Notes: a model not told the origin generated them from the sequence alone. 63,811 nucleotides of DNA, filler included, from Reticulomyxa filosa (GCA_000512085.1; 14 parts of 14 records of this genome joined end to end with filler, not necessarily neighbours in it), one strand, 5' to 3'; shown: positions 50,120-61,620, numbered from the whole stretch's first letter. Numbers and translations: made by a program.

Positions 50120-52510
50120 TCATACGTTGCTTTGCTTGGATTTTTTGTTGTCGAGTTCTTTTGGTCCAGGGTCTCTGGTTACTGTTGTACGTTCAATCAA
50201 GAATTTGACATCTTTCATAACATTGGATAAGATATTAAATTTTTCAATTTCCTTTTCTTCTGACATATGGAGCTGTAGCTCCAAGGTATTATTACGATGC
50301 TCCATAACTGTCAATCTTTGACCTTTATCGTTCAACGATTGATGTAAAATTGTCAATTGTTTATTGTGTTCTTTAAGTATCCTTTTTAGTGTCATATTGT
50401 GTTCGTTGGTCAGCTGCTTCATTTGATCATTGCATTGCTGTAAAGACAGTTCTTGTGACTGTAATTTCAATTTTAATTGTTCTGCTGTGTTTTCGTGCAT
50501 TGTTATTTTCATATTTAACTCATTAATTTCTTTTTTGTACTCATTCTTAGTTTTTTGCTCTGTCAGTAACCATTCTTTATATTCTTTATTTTCGTTTTTC
50601 AATGTTTCCAACATTTGCGTATTTTGTTGCATCTGTTCATTCTTTTGAGACTCGACAAGATCTTTTGCTTGTTTCAGTTCGTTCATACGACCTTGTAGCT
50701 CTTGTATTTGCAAATTTATCTGCTGGGACTGTTGTTGGCAACACTTCTTTTCAATTTCAATCAAGTATTTTTCATGATTCATTTGAAGTGACAATATTTC
50801 ACTTTGACATAAAGCTTTGGCTTGTGTCAATTCGATATTTGATTTCTGCAATAATTAGAAAACAAAACATTTTATTCGAAAATCCAGACAAAAGGACAAC
50901 CACACGAGTACGTGAACTTTTTTGTTCCAGCATAACTTCCAACTCATGTATTGAATTTTGCAATAATTGTTTTTCTTTTTCAAATTTAGCGACAATATCT
51001 TCCTTTTCTTGCTTAAATTTGGCTTGTAACGCGTTTTCCATTTCGTCATGTTGTTTTTTTGGTTTTTGCTGGTTGTACTGCTTGTTTCTAAATTTCCTAA
51101 TCATTTCATTTAAGCAAAAGTAAAAAAAGATCAAATAAATATTTAAAGTTATTACAGTTTTTTAAAATGGTTTGATATAATTTACTTCATGTGGACAAAA
51201 CTCGTCAAAGTTTCAATTTCAAGCTGCAGACGTTTCGTCTCGCTTTGATGTAATAACTTCAAATCATTAAAAGAGATTTCTAATAGTGTATTTTCTTGTT
51301 TCAGTTGTTCAAATTTAGAAATAGAGATATTATTGTCTTCAGCAGATTGCTTTAGTTCACTTTGAAGCTTGGCAGCTTCAGTTGACAATGTTACCTTTTC
51401 CTATTTATCAGACAATGAAGCAAAATAGAATAAAATAAAACCAAATAGAAAGATGTTCAAATTTTACTCACTTGTGACAGCTCGTTGATCTCTTGTTGTA
51501 GAGATTCTATTATTTTAGTTTTTTTTTGCAAAGATTCATCGAAATTTGCTATGTCTATCTTATGTTGCAATTGCAGGCTATCAATACTCTGTTTTTGTAA
51601 CACGACAGTGGGAAAGATCTCTATGTCATCGCCATTCGTCAGTATTTGTTGTGTCACTGAAAGTTCACTTTGAAGATAGTCTTTTGACTCCAGTTCTTGC
51701 TGCGAAGAGGACTCTGTTTTTTGATGTAGCCGCTCTGTTTTTAGCAGTGAATCTGAATTGGGTTTTTTTGTACAATAAGCAATTCCCATCTGTAATTAGA
51801 CTTTATAATGCTGAAAAGTATTTTTCTCTTCTTTTCCCTTCCTTAAATGGAGATATAAATAATCTCCAAACATACTGATGTCCTGTAAAATTTGAAACGG
51901 AATCGGGTTTCCATTCAAGAGGCACTCTTTCAAGTTGGTATTATTTTTCAAAGCTTGTAAAATATGCAATGCTCCGTTAATTCCAATGGTATTAAATCTC
52001 AGGTCTATGTTAGTAAACAAAGATACAACTGCGCTCCCAAATAAAAAAAAAACACTGAGCTAACCCAAATGAACCAGCTTTGGATTTTTTTCCAAAAATG
52101 TAGCAATTTCAAGAACACTTTCTTCGTTAATTTGATTATTGTGCAAATCCAACTATATTTACATTATAAACATGTTTATTACACTAAAATATGTTTATCT
52201 TAGCTATGCAAAATATAACATGAGTAATGTTAGTGTACATCAGGTCACGGCATAAATAGTGTAATGAATGGTCTAAACCTAAAAAGTTCCATGCCAGTTT
52301 TAAATGAGTGATAGGGATATTGTTACTCTTTATGAATTCAGCTAAAATTTTACACCCTAATTCACCAATGTCATTGCCCTCCAAATTGATAGAGGTACAA
52401 TCGTTTAAGTTGTGAGTTTGTGCAGCAAGCTCGTGACAAAGAATCATGCATCCTAATTTCAATTTACATATTTTTGCTTGATAAAACTTACGACTTTGTT
52501 TTTTCCTCAA
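50120..52510 (-). CDS. LRR plus long coiled-coil protein (LRRC45-like), multi-exon; start uncertain
   Basis: INLEGNDIGELGCKILA, LKLAWNFLG, DLHNNQI, IDLRFNTIGINGALHILQALKNNTNLKECLLNGNPIP, followed by an extended E/Q/K/L heptad region. Confidence 0.75.
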
Positions 52511-53289
52511 ACTTTAGATACATGTCACTGCTATAAAAAAAGTTTTTTCATAAACCAGAGTTGGTGCCAACAACTAACCCTCATCTCTTAAGTTCATATC
52601 ACCAAAATTAATTTCATTGATAAATTGTTGTTCTCGTAGCTTGCTTAAAATAATTGCCTTTTCCATTGTTTTTTAATAAATAGCCAGCAACAAGACCAAT
52701 TAAATTTATCAGAACAAAATATATCACTCAAAATTTTTTAGATATTGACGTTTTTGTGACATCTTTGAATGGACGTATCAAAAATCTTGTTGGTCGAGTC
52801 ACTCTAGTTAAGCCAAAAAAGATTTCACAAATGAAAAGTTTTTATTTTGCGGTTTTTTGAATGACGTATTACAAGCAATGTTTTTTCTTTTGTGCTGATG
52901 TTCACTGGCTATCTTTTCATGGAATTTATTCGTCTTACAAAAAAAAAAAGGGCTCTCCAACAACTTCGGGCGTGTACTATATCAAATCGCGTTTTATGAC
53001 ATTTTATTTTATCTTGGTTTTGTAAACATCCAAATATAATGAAATATTTAATTGCAAGGAACACAGTGCAGGAAAAGTGTGAGCTGTGAATGTTTTATCA
53101 ATGTTACAAAATTAAAAATTTTGTCTGTATCTGATAAACTTCCTTTTGTGCCAACAAGTCGAATAATCTATCTACAAATGTGTATGAAATCTGATAGTTA
53201 TTTATTCACTTCTCGAACACAAGGCTTGTGAATACATAGTGATAAAAGTTTTTTGTGTGAATAATTTCAGATACTTTGAGTAATTTTAG

Positions 53290-56040
53290 TTATTCGAAAG
53301 TCTCACATGAACAGTGTCCCTTTTGAAAACAATGTTGCATTTTGTCGTTTTCAAGACAAACAAGTACAGTGATAGTTCGATTACATAGAAGTGAAAGTTT
53401 TTTCATAAAAATGTGACAATCATCGCACATGTGTTTATTTTTGTGAACAATCAGTTGCGTGTTTGGAGATGTCTGTTGGAGTTGATGTACAACCCCATAG
53501 CGTTCATTATGTTTGCAATTACGCTTATTAACATTTGTCTTTGTATATGTGTTGTTTCCGACAGTTATGTGTTGGACTCTTATTTTATCGTACAAGTCAT
53601 TCAATTGATCTTGCACTTTGACCAAAGCAATTTTTGTAGGAATATGTCCATGTGGTTGTGTGTCCCAAGACAATAATTTATTATTTTGAAAGATGTATTG
53701 ATTCACACAAGCAACCTCAGCCTCATGCAACGGCAATCTGGAGCACATGTCTTCCCACACACAATTGACCTCATTCCATTGACGCATGTCCGCATAAAGA
53801 GTGTTGAGCCTCCAACACCACCGTGCGGATACGTTCCATCCCGGCATGCGGGTCAAATGAAAGTGCATTTTTTTATAGACCCGTAAATTGCGATGCATGT
53901 AGCAATGCACTGCAATATCTTCACACAGAGCCAATTCCTCATTGATGGGATGCGCCAAATGGAACTTGGTTCTCGTATAAATCCCATATTTGCGTGCATA
54001 GCTCCACGCCAGTTCCAATTGATTCTGCCGCGCCAAGCATCGAATGACAATATTCAATAGTTGGTCCATACCTTCAATTTCCGGAGATTGACACCATCCC
54101 ATCTCCCAAATACGTACACAAACATCCCACTGACCATGCAAGCTGCACTGTCGCAAAAATGCTTCGTACATGCCCAGCGTTTTGTATTTGCCCGGCACCT
54201 CTCCAAATAATTTCATTGCTTGTTTGATATGGCCATATCTGGCCAGCTCTCGTATCATAGTGATATACACCATTGTATTGCTCTTCTTTGCCCCACAATT
54301 CCGAAACAATCGATAGGCCAAATGCACATCCCTACAAGCACAGAACATGTGCAACGCGGCACTCCAGCACTGTTGTGTCCACTGATTTGCACGTCGCCAC
54401 TGTCGGCGACACATGCGATAGTATCTCTTTGCTCTCGCCAAATTGCAAAGTTGGGCACAAGCATGGAACACCGTGACAAACGTTGCTATTTTCGGCCGTG
54501 CATGTGCTGTAGCAACAGAAGCAGCAGCATCCTTTTCCAGATCACCAAAATGATGGTCAAACAATTGCACTACTTTGGAGTGGTTGCCACATTTGGCATA
54601 CGTATACATGATGGCCGTGACCAAGTGGGTATCCAGCATAACTGCAGCTGCAGCATACATTTGCTTGGCTTCTTCAATGATTCGAAAGGCATCTGTGAAA
54701 TCTCTACTCTTGGTATGCAAATGAATAAGAATGCAATACCAAGCCGACCAAACTATTCGCTTTATGATTGGATCTGTCAGTCTCACATCCGACTGAACAT
54801 GGCTCCACAAGGACTCCATTTTGTCCCGTTCGTTCAATTCCCCATATTTCCGGATCAATTGCATACACACTCTCAAGGATATGTGCTGGCCTTTCAATCT
54901 GACAAACAAAAGGCTATGCACTTTATCCAACTGTGCCGTCGTCTGGCATGCTTTAATCACCGTCGGCCAATATCTGTTTGCAATGTCGCTCAATGCGCTG
55001 GGCCACACCTGTGTATCACTCACTTTTGCTTCCGTGGCAATCTCCCTGGTGTTTAACATGCCCTCATGCCATTTCAAATACAATTTTGTCATCCACACTA
55101 CATTCAACCCATTGCGTTTGCACATGTGCAAAAACACATTTCCAAAACGGTCCCAGTCTTTGCATTGCGCAAAGAAACGCAACAGCAAAGAGGTCAATCG
55201 CTTGTCGGCAAAAATTGCACCTTGCATGTGCGCATGATTGCCAATGGCCTTGTCAAAAAACATGCTTCCAAACATATTCCAAGGTGTGATAGATTTTTGG
55301 TTCTCCATCTCCCATATCAACCCTTTGAACAATCTCTCCACATATTCGGCATTCAAACTGGCTGTGTGGAACAATGGCCACTTATCCACAAATGTGTCCC
55401 AAATGCCGTCCTTTTTGTATGGTACTCTCAACAATGTGTCTGCCAACTGCTTCTTCAGATTTTCATCCCTTGCAAGCATCTCCACAAAAGTCGGATCGGA
55501 TAACAATATCGTACAAATCTTGTTTGACAATGGGTCATTTTCATTTGCTTGTAATTGCTTGCAACACATTTGCATTGCCATGCGACTAGCTTTCTTTTTT
55601 CCTTCCTTTGCATTTGTATTTGTATTTGCATTTGCATTTGCATTTACATTCGTGTTTGGATTTGTATTATTTGTCTTTTTCTGATCCTTCGGACCATATT
55701 CACTTTTGTATATGTTCCAAAAGAGTTCCAAAGCTTTCCTACGCATTTCTGAGGTTTGTGATTGGTTGTAGATTTTGTCTAACAATTCCATGCCATTTTG
55801 CTCACGTTTTGCATTGCCTTTGGACCAAATTTTATCGTTATACGCTTTCACAAATCTTTCGGCTTTGTCAAGTTCGTTGTTGCTCATGTGCTTCATCAGC
55901 ACTTCTTCCCTCGTCTCGATGGATGTAGGTAACTTATTGCTGTATGAAACACCTTTTCGCACATTTATCCTTCTCACACTTCCAAAGACGCAAAATAATG
56001 GACGAGGATGTCCTGTGGAGTGAAGCGCAACTCTAAACAT
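53290..56040 (-). CDS. PLS-class pentatricopeptide-repeat protein with E1/E2 and DYW-type cytidine deaminase domain; putative organellar RNA-editing factor, intronless
   Basis: PPR motifs LVTAIMYTYAKCGNHSKVVQLFD, ATFVTVFHACAQLCNL, CWSAALHMFCACRDVHLAYRLF, VYITMIRELARYGHIKQAMKLF. E2-like LNTLYADMRQWNEVNCVWEDM. HNE-x25-CDDCH and HCFQKGHCSC. Confidence 0.92.
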   Translation of the reverse strand: MFRVALHSTGHPRPLFCVFGSVRRINVRKGVSYSNKLPTSIETREEVLMKHMSNNELDKAERFVKAYNDKIWSKGNAKREQNGMELLDKIYNQSQTSEMRRKALELFWNIYKSEYGPKDQKKTNNTNPNTNVNANANANTNTNAKEGKKKASRMAMQMCCKQLQANENDPLSNKICTILLSDPTFVEMLARDENLKKQLADTLLRVPYKKDGIWDTFVDKWPLFHTASLNAEYVERLFKGLIWEMENQKSITPWNMFGSMFFDKAIGNHAHMQGAIFADKRLTSLLLRFFAQCKDWDRFGNVFLHMCKRNGLNVVWMTKLYLKWHEGMLNTREIATEAKVSDTQVWPSALSDIANRYWPTVIKACQTTAQLDKVHSLLFVRLKGQHISLRVCMQLIRKYGELNERDKMESLWSHVQSDVRLTDPIIKRIVWSAWYCILIHLHTKSRDFTDAFRIIEEAKQMYAAAAVMLDTHLVTAIMYTYAKCGNHSKVVQLFDHHFGDLEKDAAASVATAHARPKIATFVTVFHACAQLCNLARAKRYYRMCRRQWRRANQWTQQCWSAALHMFCACRDVHLAYRLFRNCGAKKSNTMVYITMIRELARYGHIKQAMKLFGEVPGKYKTLGMYEAFLRQCSLHGQWDVCVRIWEMGWCQSPEIEGMDQLLNIVIRCLARQNQLELAWSYARKYGIYTRTKFHLAHPINEELALCEDIAVHCYMHRNLRVYKKMHFHLTRMPGWNVSARWCWRLNTLYADMRQWNEVNCVWEDMCSRLPLHEAEVACVNQYIFQNNKLLSWDTQPHGHIPTKIALVKVQDQLNDLYDKIRVQHITVGNNTYTKTNVNKRNCKHNERYGVVHQLQQTSPNTQLIVHKNKHMCDDCHIFMKKLSLLCNRTITVLVCLENDKMQHCFQKGHCSCETFE

Positions 56041-56537
56041 TAATTGAAAAATTGTGTAGTCACTAAGGAAGACTTCTATACATATAACTGACTTCTAATG
56101 AGTCACAAAAAATAAAATGGAACTTTTCTTTTGGTAGTCCTAGTGGATTGATTAAAATCTTTTGTTGTGATAAAGAATGGTAATTTCCAGCAATTTTACA
56201 AAATTTACTGTAAATAGCTTGGATAACTATTACTGCAGAATAAAAACAAAAAATATTATCTAAAAAGAAGAGCAAGGATCGCAAAGATGATGTTTTTTAA
56301 AATATGCTAATTTTGAAATTTGTTCGACTCATTAAAAATTAATCTGTTATAAAAAGAAAAATATTTCATCTAATAAATCTACAAGTGAAAAAAATATGTC
56401 ACAGCTTCACCAGGCATATAGATGAAACACCCACACTCTCATCTACTGACGTCAATAGAATATATTATTTTAAAATTTTTTAGTTTTGATTATCAAATTT
56501 GTAAGAAATTGTGCTGAGAATATTTATCCAAAAAAAT

Positions 56538-58349
56538 ATGACATTAACTAAACCGGTAAATTTTAACAGTCTTGACAACAGACAATCTTTAAAAACGAAT
56601 GAAACTACTTCTTATTTACTACGCGAAATTGACATAAATCGAATTGACCTATTTTGCAATAAAGAAAACGACAATCCGAATAGTTTTAATCAAGAACACA
56701 TTACAACTAGCAATGACGAACAGATTAGCAATAAGATTCAACGACGAGCATTGCGTCGACCAACAAAAGACGACAAACATCAAGAAAAAATCTTATTAAA
56801 TCATGAAACTAACACAACACTTCAACAAATTGTATCAAAAGATATGCATAACAATGGATCTAATAATGAAACAGCATTTCCACAAAGTCATGAGTTTACT
56901 ACAACACTAATTGAAGTAAAAAACAATAGTTGTAAAGAGACAGCAAGTAACATGCAAGAAAATGAAAGTGAAAACGAAAAGCAACAAAACAGTGAAGGAA
57001 AGAAAAACGTGGAAAGGAGCCACCAAAATTCCGAAAACTTGGAAGACGCTGAAACGATACAAAGCAATAAGTTGCAGACATGGGGAAATATTGTGAAATT
57101 TTTTGCAGATAGTTTGTTAAAATCAAGTGCTGCTAACGGAAAGAAATGGGCGAGTATGAAGGAAATATACGATTACTTGTGCCGGCACAACATTGAGCTA
57201 GGAACATTATCAGAACTGGGAATCAATGGAACGTGCAAAGAATGCAAGTGTTTGCAAGAAATGCCGCATGTGATGTCAAAATTGACCAATGGCGAACTGT
57301 GGTTGGGAGTTGATGAAGAAGGCGAATTGGAGGAAGGGAACAGAATTCTTGACGAAAATTTAAGATTGCAAATGAGAAACGAAGAAAACATTCCTGATGA
57401 CGTATCTTCACCCCACTGTATGGAGAACAAGCGAGGAGAAGTGAAGCCAGCAATGACATTGGCCGCAAAGACTTGGAATGGCTCGCTTTCGAACATGCGA
57501 AAGAGAACACATCAAGAAATGATAAGCGAAGATCTGGGCACCAGAGAAAAATCTTCGGATACTCTTGTCCAAGTTAAATTTTTTTTTTTTTTTTTTTTTT
57601 GTGCAAAGGAGGAAGAAAAAAAAAGTACCTTTTGAAAAAAAAATTATTTGGTTTGTTGTTCCGAAATTATATATTTTATTGATTTTCACCTATTATAGAG
57701 CAAACGTGCAGTCGTGCAAGGCTGCACACTACGACAAGGACAAGTTGTACCGATGGCATCACTGGAAGTGACCACTCCTGTGAATCCTTTGATCGCTTCG
57801 ATGACCTCGCGATTGACTCACTTTGCAGGACCTCACATGCAGACGTTTGTCGACAAGACGCTTCTCCCTTCGATTATTGTCAATTCCACACCGCAATTTC
57901 TGCCCTTTGAATTCAACAAAATAGCAGGAATGTCCGAGACTTGCGAGCTTCCATCTCACAACTCTTATTCTTCTTCTTCTTCTTGTTTTGGTTCGGCAGG
58001 AATGACTTCGCCTTTGCATGGCTTAAACACCTTCTCCAGTGAATCTTTTTATTATGAAATCGGGGAGTTGGATTATCAGCTGCCCTCGGATGGCACCAAG
58101 ATTGAGACACCTGATGGAAGGAATGCAACACTTGCGCACACCGATCATGCTTCCCTCGTACGTACGTATCCGCAGGAACGTGCACCGTCGGGCTACCAAG
58201 AGTGCGGGCAACTTCGCATGTGTAGAGGAGAAGATCGATCGCATGGTACGGTATCCCATGAAGACAAATTGAACAGCGCCGAGGGAGATTTTCAGGCTGG
58301 TTTCAGATACAGACGCAATGCTAGGGTGATTGGACGTATGGGCCCATAA
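56538..58349 (+). CDS. Hypothetical protein, two exons, divergently transcribed from the PPR-DYW gene
   Basis: Intron 57573-57698 joins DTLVQ/SKRAVVQG in frame with ORF 57714-58349. Confidence 0.65.
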
Positions 58350-59022
58350 ATGTACCGACTTTAAAAAAAAAGATATTGATAAGAATCACAAACACATATG
58401 AAAAAAGCAAACGAAAAGATAAATCTTCAGGGGAATTGGGATCAATAACAAAAAAAGTGCAGTTCGTCACTTTTTTTGCGTATTTGTTTTGAGCCTTTTT
58501 TGTTTCACGCAAAGCGTATGGAGATGTTTCGTGAAAGAATCTTTTGTTTCGATATATAGTGAATCGTTTTGTCTAAAGCGTCAAGAACGATTCTTAAATT
58601 AACGCAAACAATTATAGCATAAATGATATTTAAAGCTCTAACAATAATTTATATTTTTAAATTTGCAATAATACTTAAAAAAATCATACGAGTACAAAAT
58701 ATTTTTTTTTGAAATCTACTGATTGTGAAGACAATAATTCTATCGAATTACAAACTGCAAGATGATTGAAAAAAGATTCACAATTGATTTTATTTTTATC
58801 CAAAAAGAGTTGTTGACAAGAATTAAAAAATATCTTCTTGAAGATTTATTTAGGGATGCACAATCGCATGTAATAGAATTTCTTAAGATATCAAATATTT
58901 TTATTATTTGAGATATTGGATAAGATGCCTGTCTTGTCATTTGATAAGACGACAAAATGTGTTAATCTTTCAAAAATGAATCAATTTGTGTCAGTGAGTA
59001 TCTTTGGAGTCATTATAATTTT

Positions 59023-59117
59023 ATCGTTTCTACGTGTTCACAACACGTACTATCTGGCACCGGGCCGCGGGGGCAGGTCTGGGAGGACGGGCATGTGGTC
59101 GAGCACACTTTTTTTTT
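59023..59117. ncRNA. Candidate structured non-coding RNA or remnant (GC-rich island with hairpin; weakly 5S-like on the minus strand)
   Basis: Abrupt GC-rich segment in AT-rich intergenic DNA. Perfect 8-bp hairpin TACGTGTT-CAC-AACACGTA at 59031-59049. Followed by a T-run. Confidence 0.3.
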
Positions 59118-59455
59118 CATCAAAAATATTATACATTATCACGAGATTTATTTATACGAATCAAAAATTTTTGTTTTTGGAAGTTTTTAGCGTATTTTTT
59201 TTTTGTTAAGCAAATTTTCAAGAAGATTACTTTATTGTGAACTTACGAGAAAATAAAATTGAAATTAAGTGCGCCCCATTAAAAACACGACACTTGTCAA
59301 TTCATTCTTTGACATTTGTACGAAAAGCGTTTTTAAAGTCTTTTGTCCATTTCCAATTCTCAAAAAAACAAAAAAAATAAAATAAAATAAAACAACAAAA
59401 AGGGTACATAAGTTGTCCATAGACTCAAGGTTCATGTTTGACCTGGGAATAATAG

Positions 59456-59701
59456 TTAAGGTAAAGCAGTAGCGTCATCTGTGTCGTGTTCATTTTGTTC
59501 TTCGTCCATCTCAAAATTTTCTTCTGTCAAATCTTTGTGATCAGAGCTGTCAGTACCGTCCATGTCATGTGCATGCGGACTTTCCTCTTTCGTTTTTTCA
59601 ATATTATCGTTCATTGTCTCGCTTTCGCTTTCATTGTTCACGACTTTTTTTGTCTTTTCTTCTTTTTGTGCTGGTGTTTCTGTCGCCTTTCCATCCACCA
59701 C
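59456..59701 (-). CDS. Acidic low-complexity coding exon, partial
   Basis: Open E/D/K-rich frame next to a linker. Confidence 0.4.
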   Translation of the reverse strand: MVDGKATETPAQKEEKTKKVVNNESESETMNDNIEKTKEESPHAHDMDGTDSSDHKDLTEENFEMDEEQNEHDTDDATALP

Positions 59702-59739
59702 AAATAAGATAACAAAAGAATGAGATTATTTGTTTGTAT

Positions 59740-59775
<36 letters not shown>

Positions 59776-60099
59776 NNNNNNNNNNNNNNNNNNNNNNNNN
59801 NNNNNNNNNNNNNNNNNNNTTAATTAATTAANNNNNNNNNNNNNNNNNNNNNNNNNNNNNNNNNNNNNNNNNNNNATTCGTTTTTGGGATATTCGATCAA
59901 ATAAGAATGAATTACATATAATTAAAGAAAAACAAGGTAATGAAATATTATGTCTTAAGTTTTTACAATTGAAAAATAAAATTAATGATAATTATATTAA
60001 TATGTGTTATGGTACAAGTAATGGTCTTATTCAGACATGGGGATAACAAGATTCTTTTTTGAACAATCTTTAATTTTAAATAAAAACAGAATCTGGATG

Positions 60100-60285
60100 T
60101 TTATTGAATGATTGAATTTGTTTGATTGTTTCTATATCCCACACACACAAATTGTATTATCATTTGATCCAAAATAAAGTAATTATGTTATATAATCAAT
60201 ACTCCACACAATATCAGTATGTCCAGTAAATGTTTTGAGTAATTTGGATGATAAACGAAATATTTCAAATATAAAACGAATAGTT
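60100..60285 (-). pseudogene. WD40-repeat pseudogene, same family as 49385
   Basis: FIFEIFRLSSKLLKTFTGHTDIVWSIDY..GSNDNTI..VWDIETIKQIQSFNKH, with indels. Confidence 0.8.
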
Positions 60286-61093
60286 ACCTATGTTGAATGG
60301 AGGAACATAAAAAATAAATATTTTCAATTGATGAAAAACAAAAAAACGTAACATAATTGGCAATAATTTTGTCAAAATAATCGATCCATCATAATTTGAT
60401 CTTTAATATCAAACAATTAATTGTATCTCTTCTTCTTGCTAATTCACAAATAATATACAAAAATAAAATGAAAAATGAACATTGAAAATTTAAAGTCAAC
60501 TAACATAGAAAGCTTACAAATTTTGGTTGAGTTAAAATTTGTTTTTTATTGCTCTGAGTAGTCATTCTTTTTTTCAAGATTAATGAAAGGTTGTTTAATT
60601 ATTAAAAATTTTTTTATTCTTTTTTTAAAAATTCGGACCCTTTGGAAATTGATATTGATAACTTTGTTTCTCTTCTATCAAGCAAAACAAATAGAGAGCA
60701 TGACCAATCATACTGAAACAATGTACATTATTTATCGTTTCTGCACATTTTTCAATTTTTTAACAATTTGTTATTAAGATGACATATTGTATCGTTTTTA
60801 TTAATCCCATTTTATTCTTTTTTTTTGATGTATACTTTATTGTCGCGTAAAATACTTTTATGCTGTCTTACAAAAGAGTCATGTTACAGCCTCTTTTTTA
60901 AAAAAACTAAAAACCCTTTAAAAAAATTNNNNNNNNNNNNNNNNNNNNNNNNNNNNNNNNNNNNNNNNNNNNTTAATTAATTAANNNNNNNNNNNNNNNN
61001 NNNNNNNNNNNNNNNNNNNNNNNNNNNNAAAAAAAAAAAAAAAAAAAAATGCAAAATGTATACACATCTTTTTTTTTCTCTCCTCTTCTCCCT

Positions 61094-61620
61094 CTAATTT
61101 ATGTTTTTTTTGGCCAACTTCTTCCTCGTAAGATTTTTTTTAAAAGTGTGTTCGGTCTCAACGTCTTCATTTTTTTGGTTGGTGGACTTTTTGGGCACCA
61201 TGTCATCGGTGGACTTACTATCCTGCCAATGGACTTGTTGCTGTCCGCTCACTGCCGTTTGAGATGGAGCATGGCTCTTTGCTGTATTGGTTATGTTGGT
61301 ACCAAACGCACGTTTCAAATTGCTTTTGCTGGCCCCATTGGCATCAATGTGCTTGTGATATTTTTGCGCCACTGTTCCTGCTTTATTTTCCCCTCCATCC
61401 ACCTCCATTGGCTCGGTAGCATTTGTTTCCATTGTTCGTTGTTGTATTGATATACGCTTTTTTTGTTATTTTTGTCAATTGTTACTTTTTCTACAGTTAT
61501 TGCTCACTTTTTTTTTGGTGACTGTTACGTTCCACAACTTGTCTAAGTCTTGAGAACGTTTAGACGAAACCGAGTCTTGGAAACAACGTGTTGTTATAAT
61601 TCGAGAAAGATAATCACCTG
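61094..61620 (-). CDS. Disordered N-terminal region with a D-box-like motif (possible cyclin or other APC/C substrate), partial
   Basis: KRAFGTNITN resembles RxxLGxIxN. The contig ends at a linker shortly downstream. Confidence 0.4.

Noticed and set aside
59023-59057. U2 snRNA 5' end (ATCGTTTCT...TATCTG)
   Set aside because: Lacks the GUGUAGUA branch-pairing sequence and U2 stem I.
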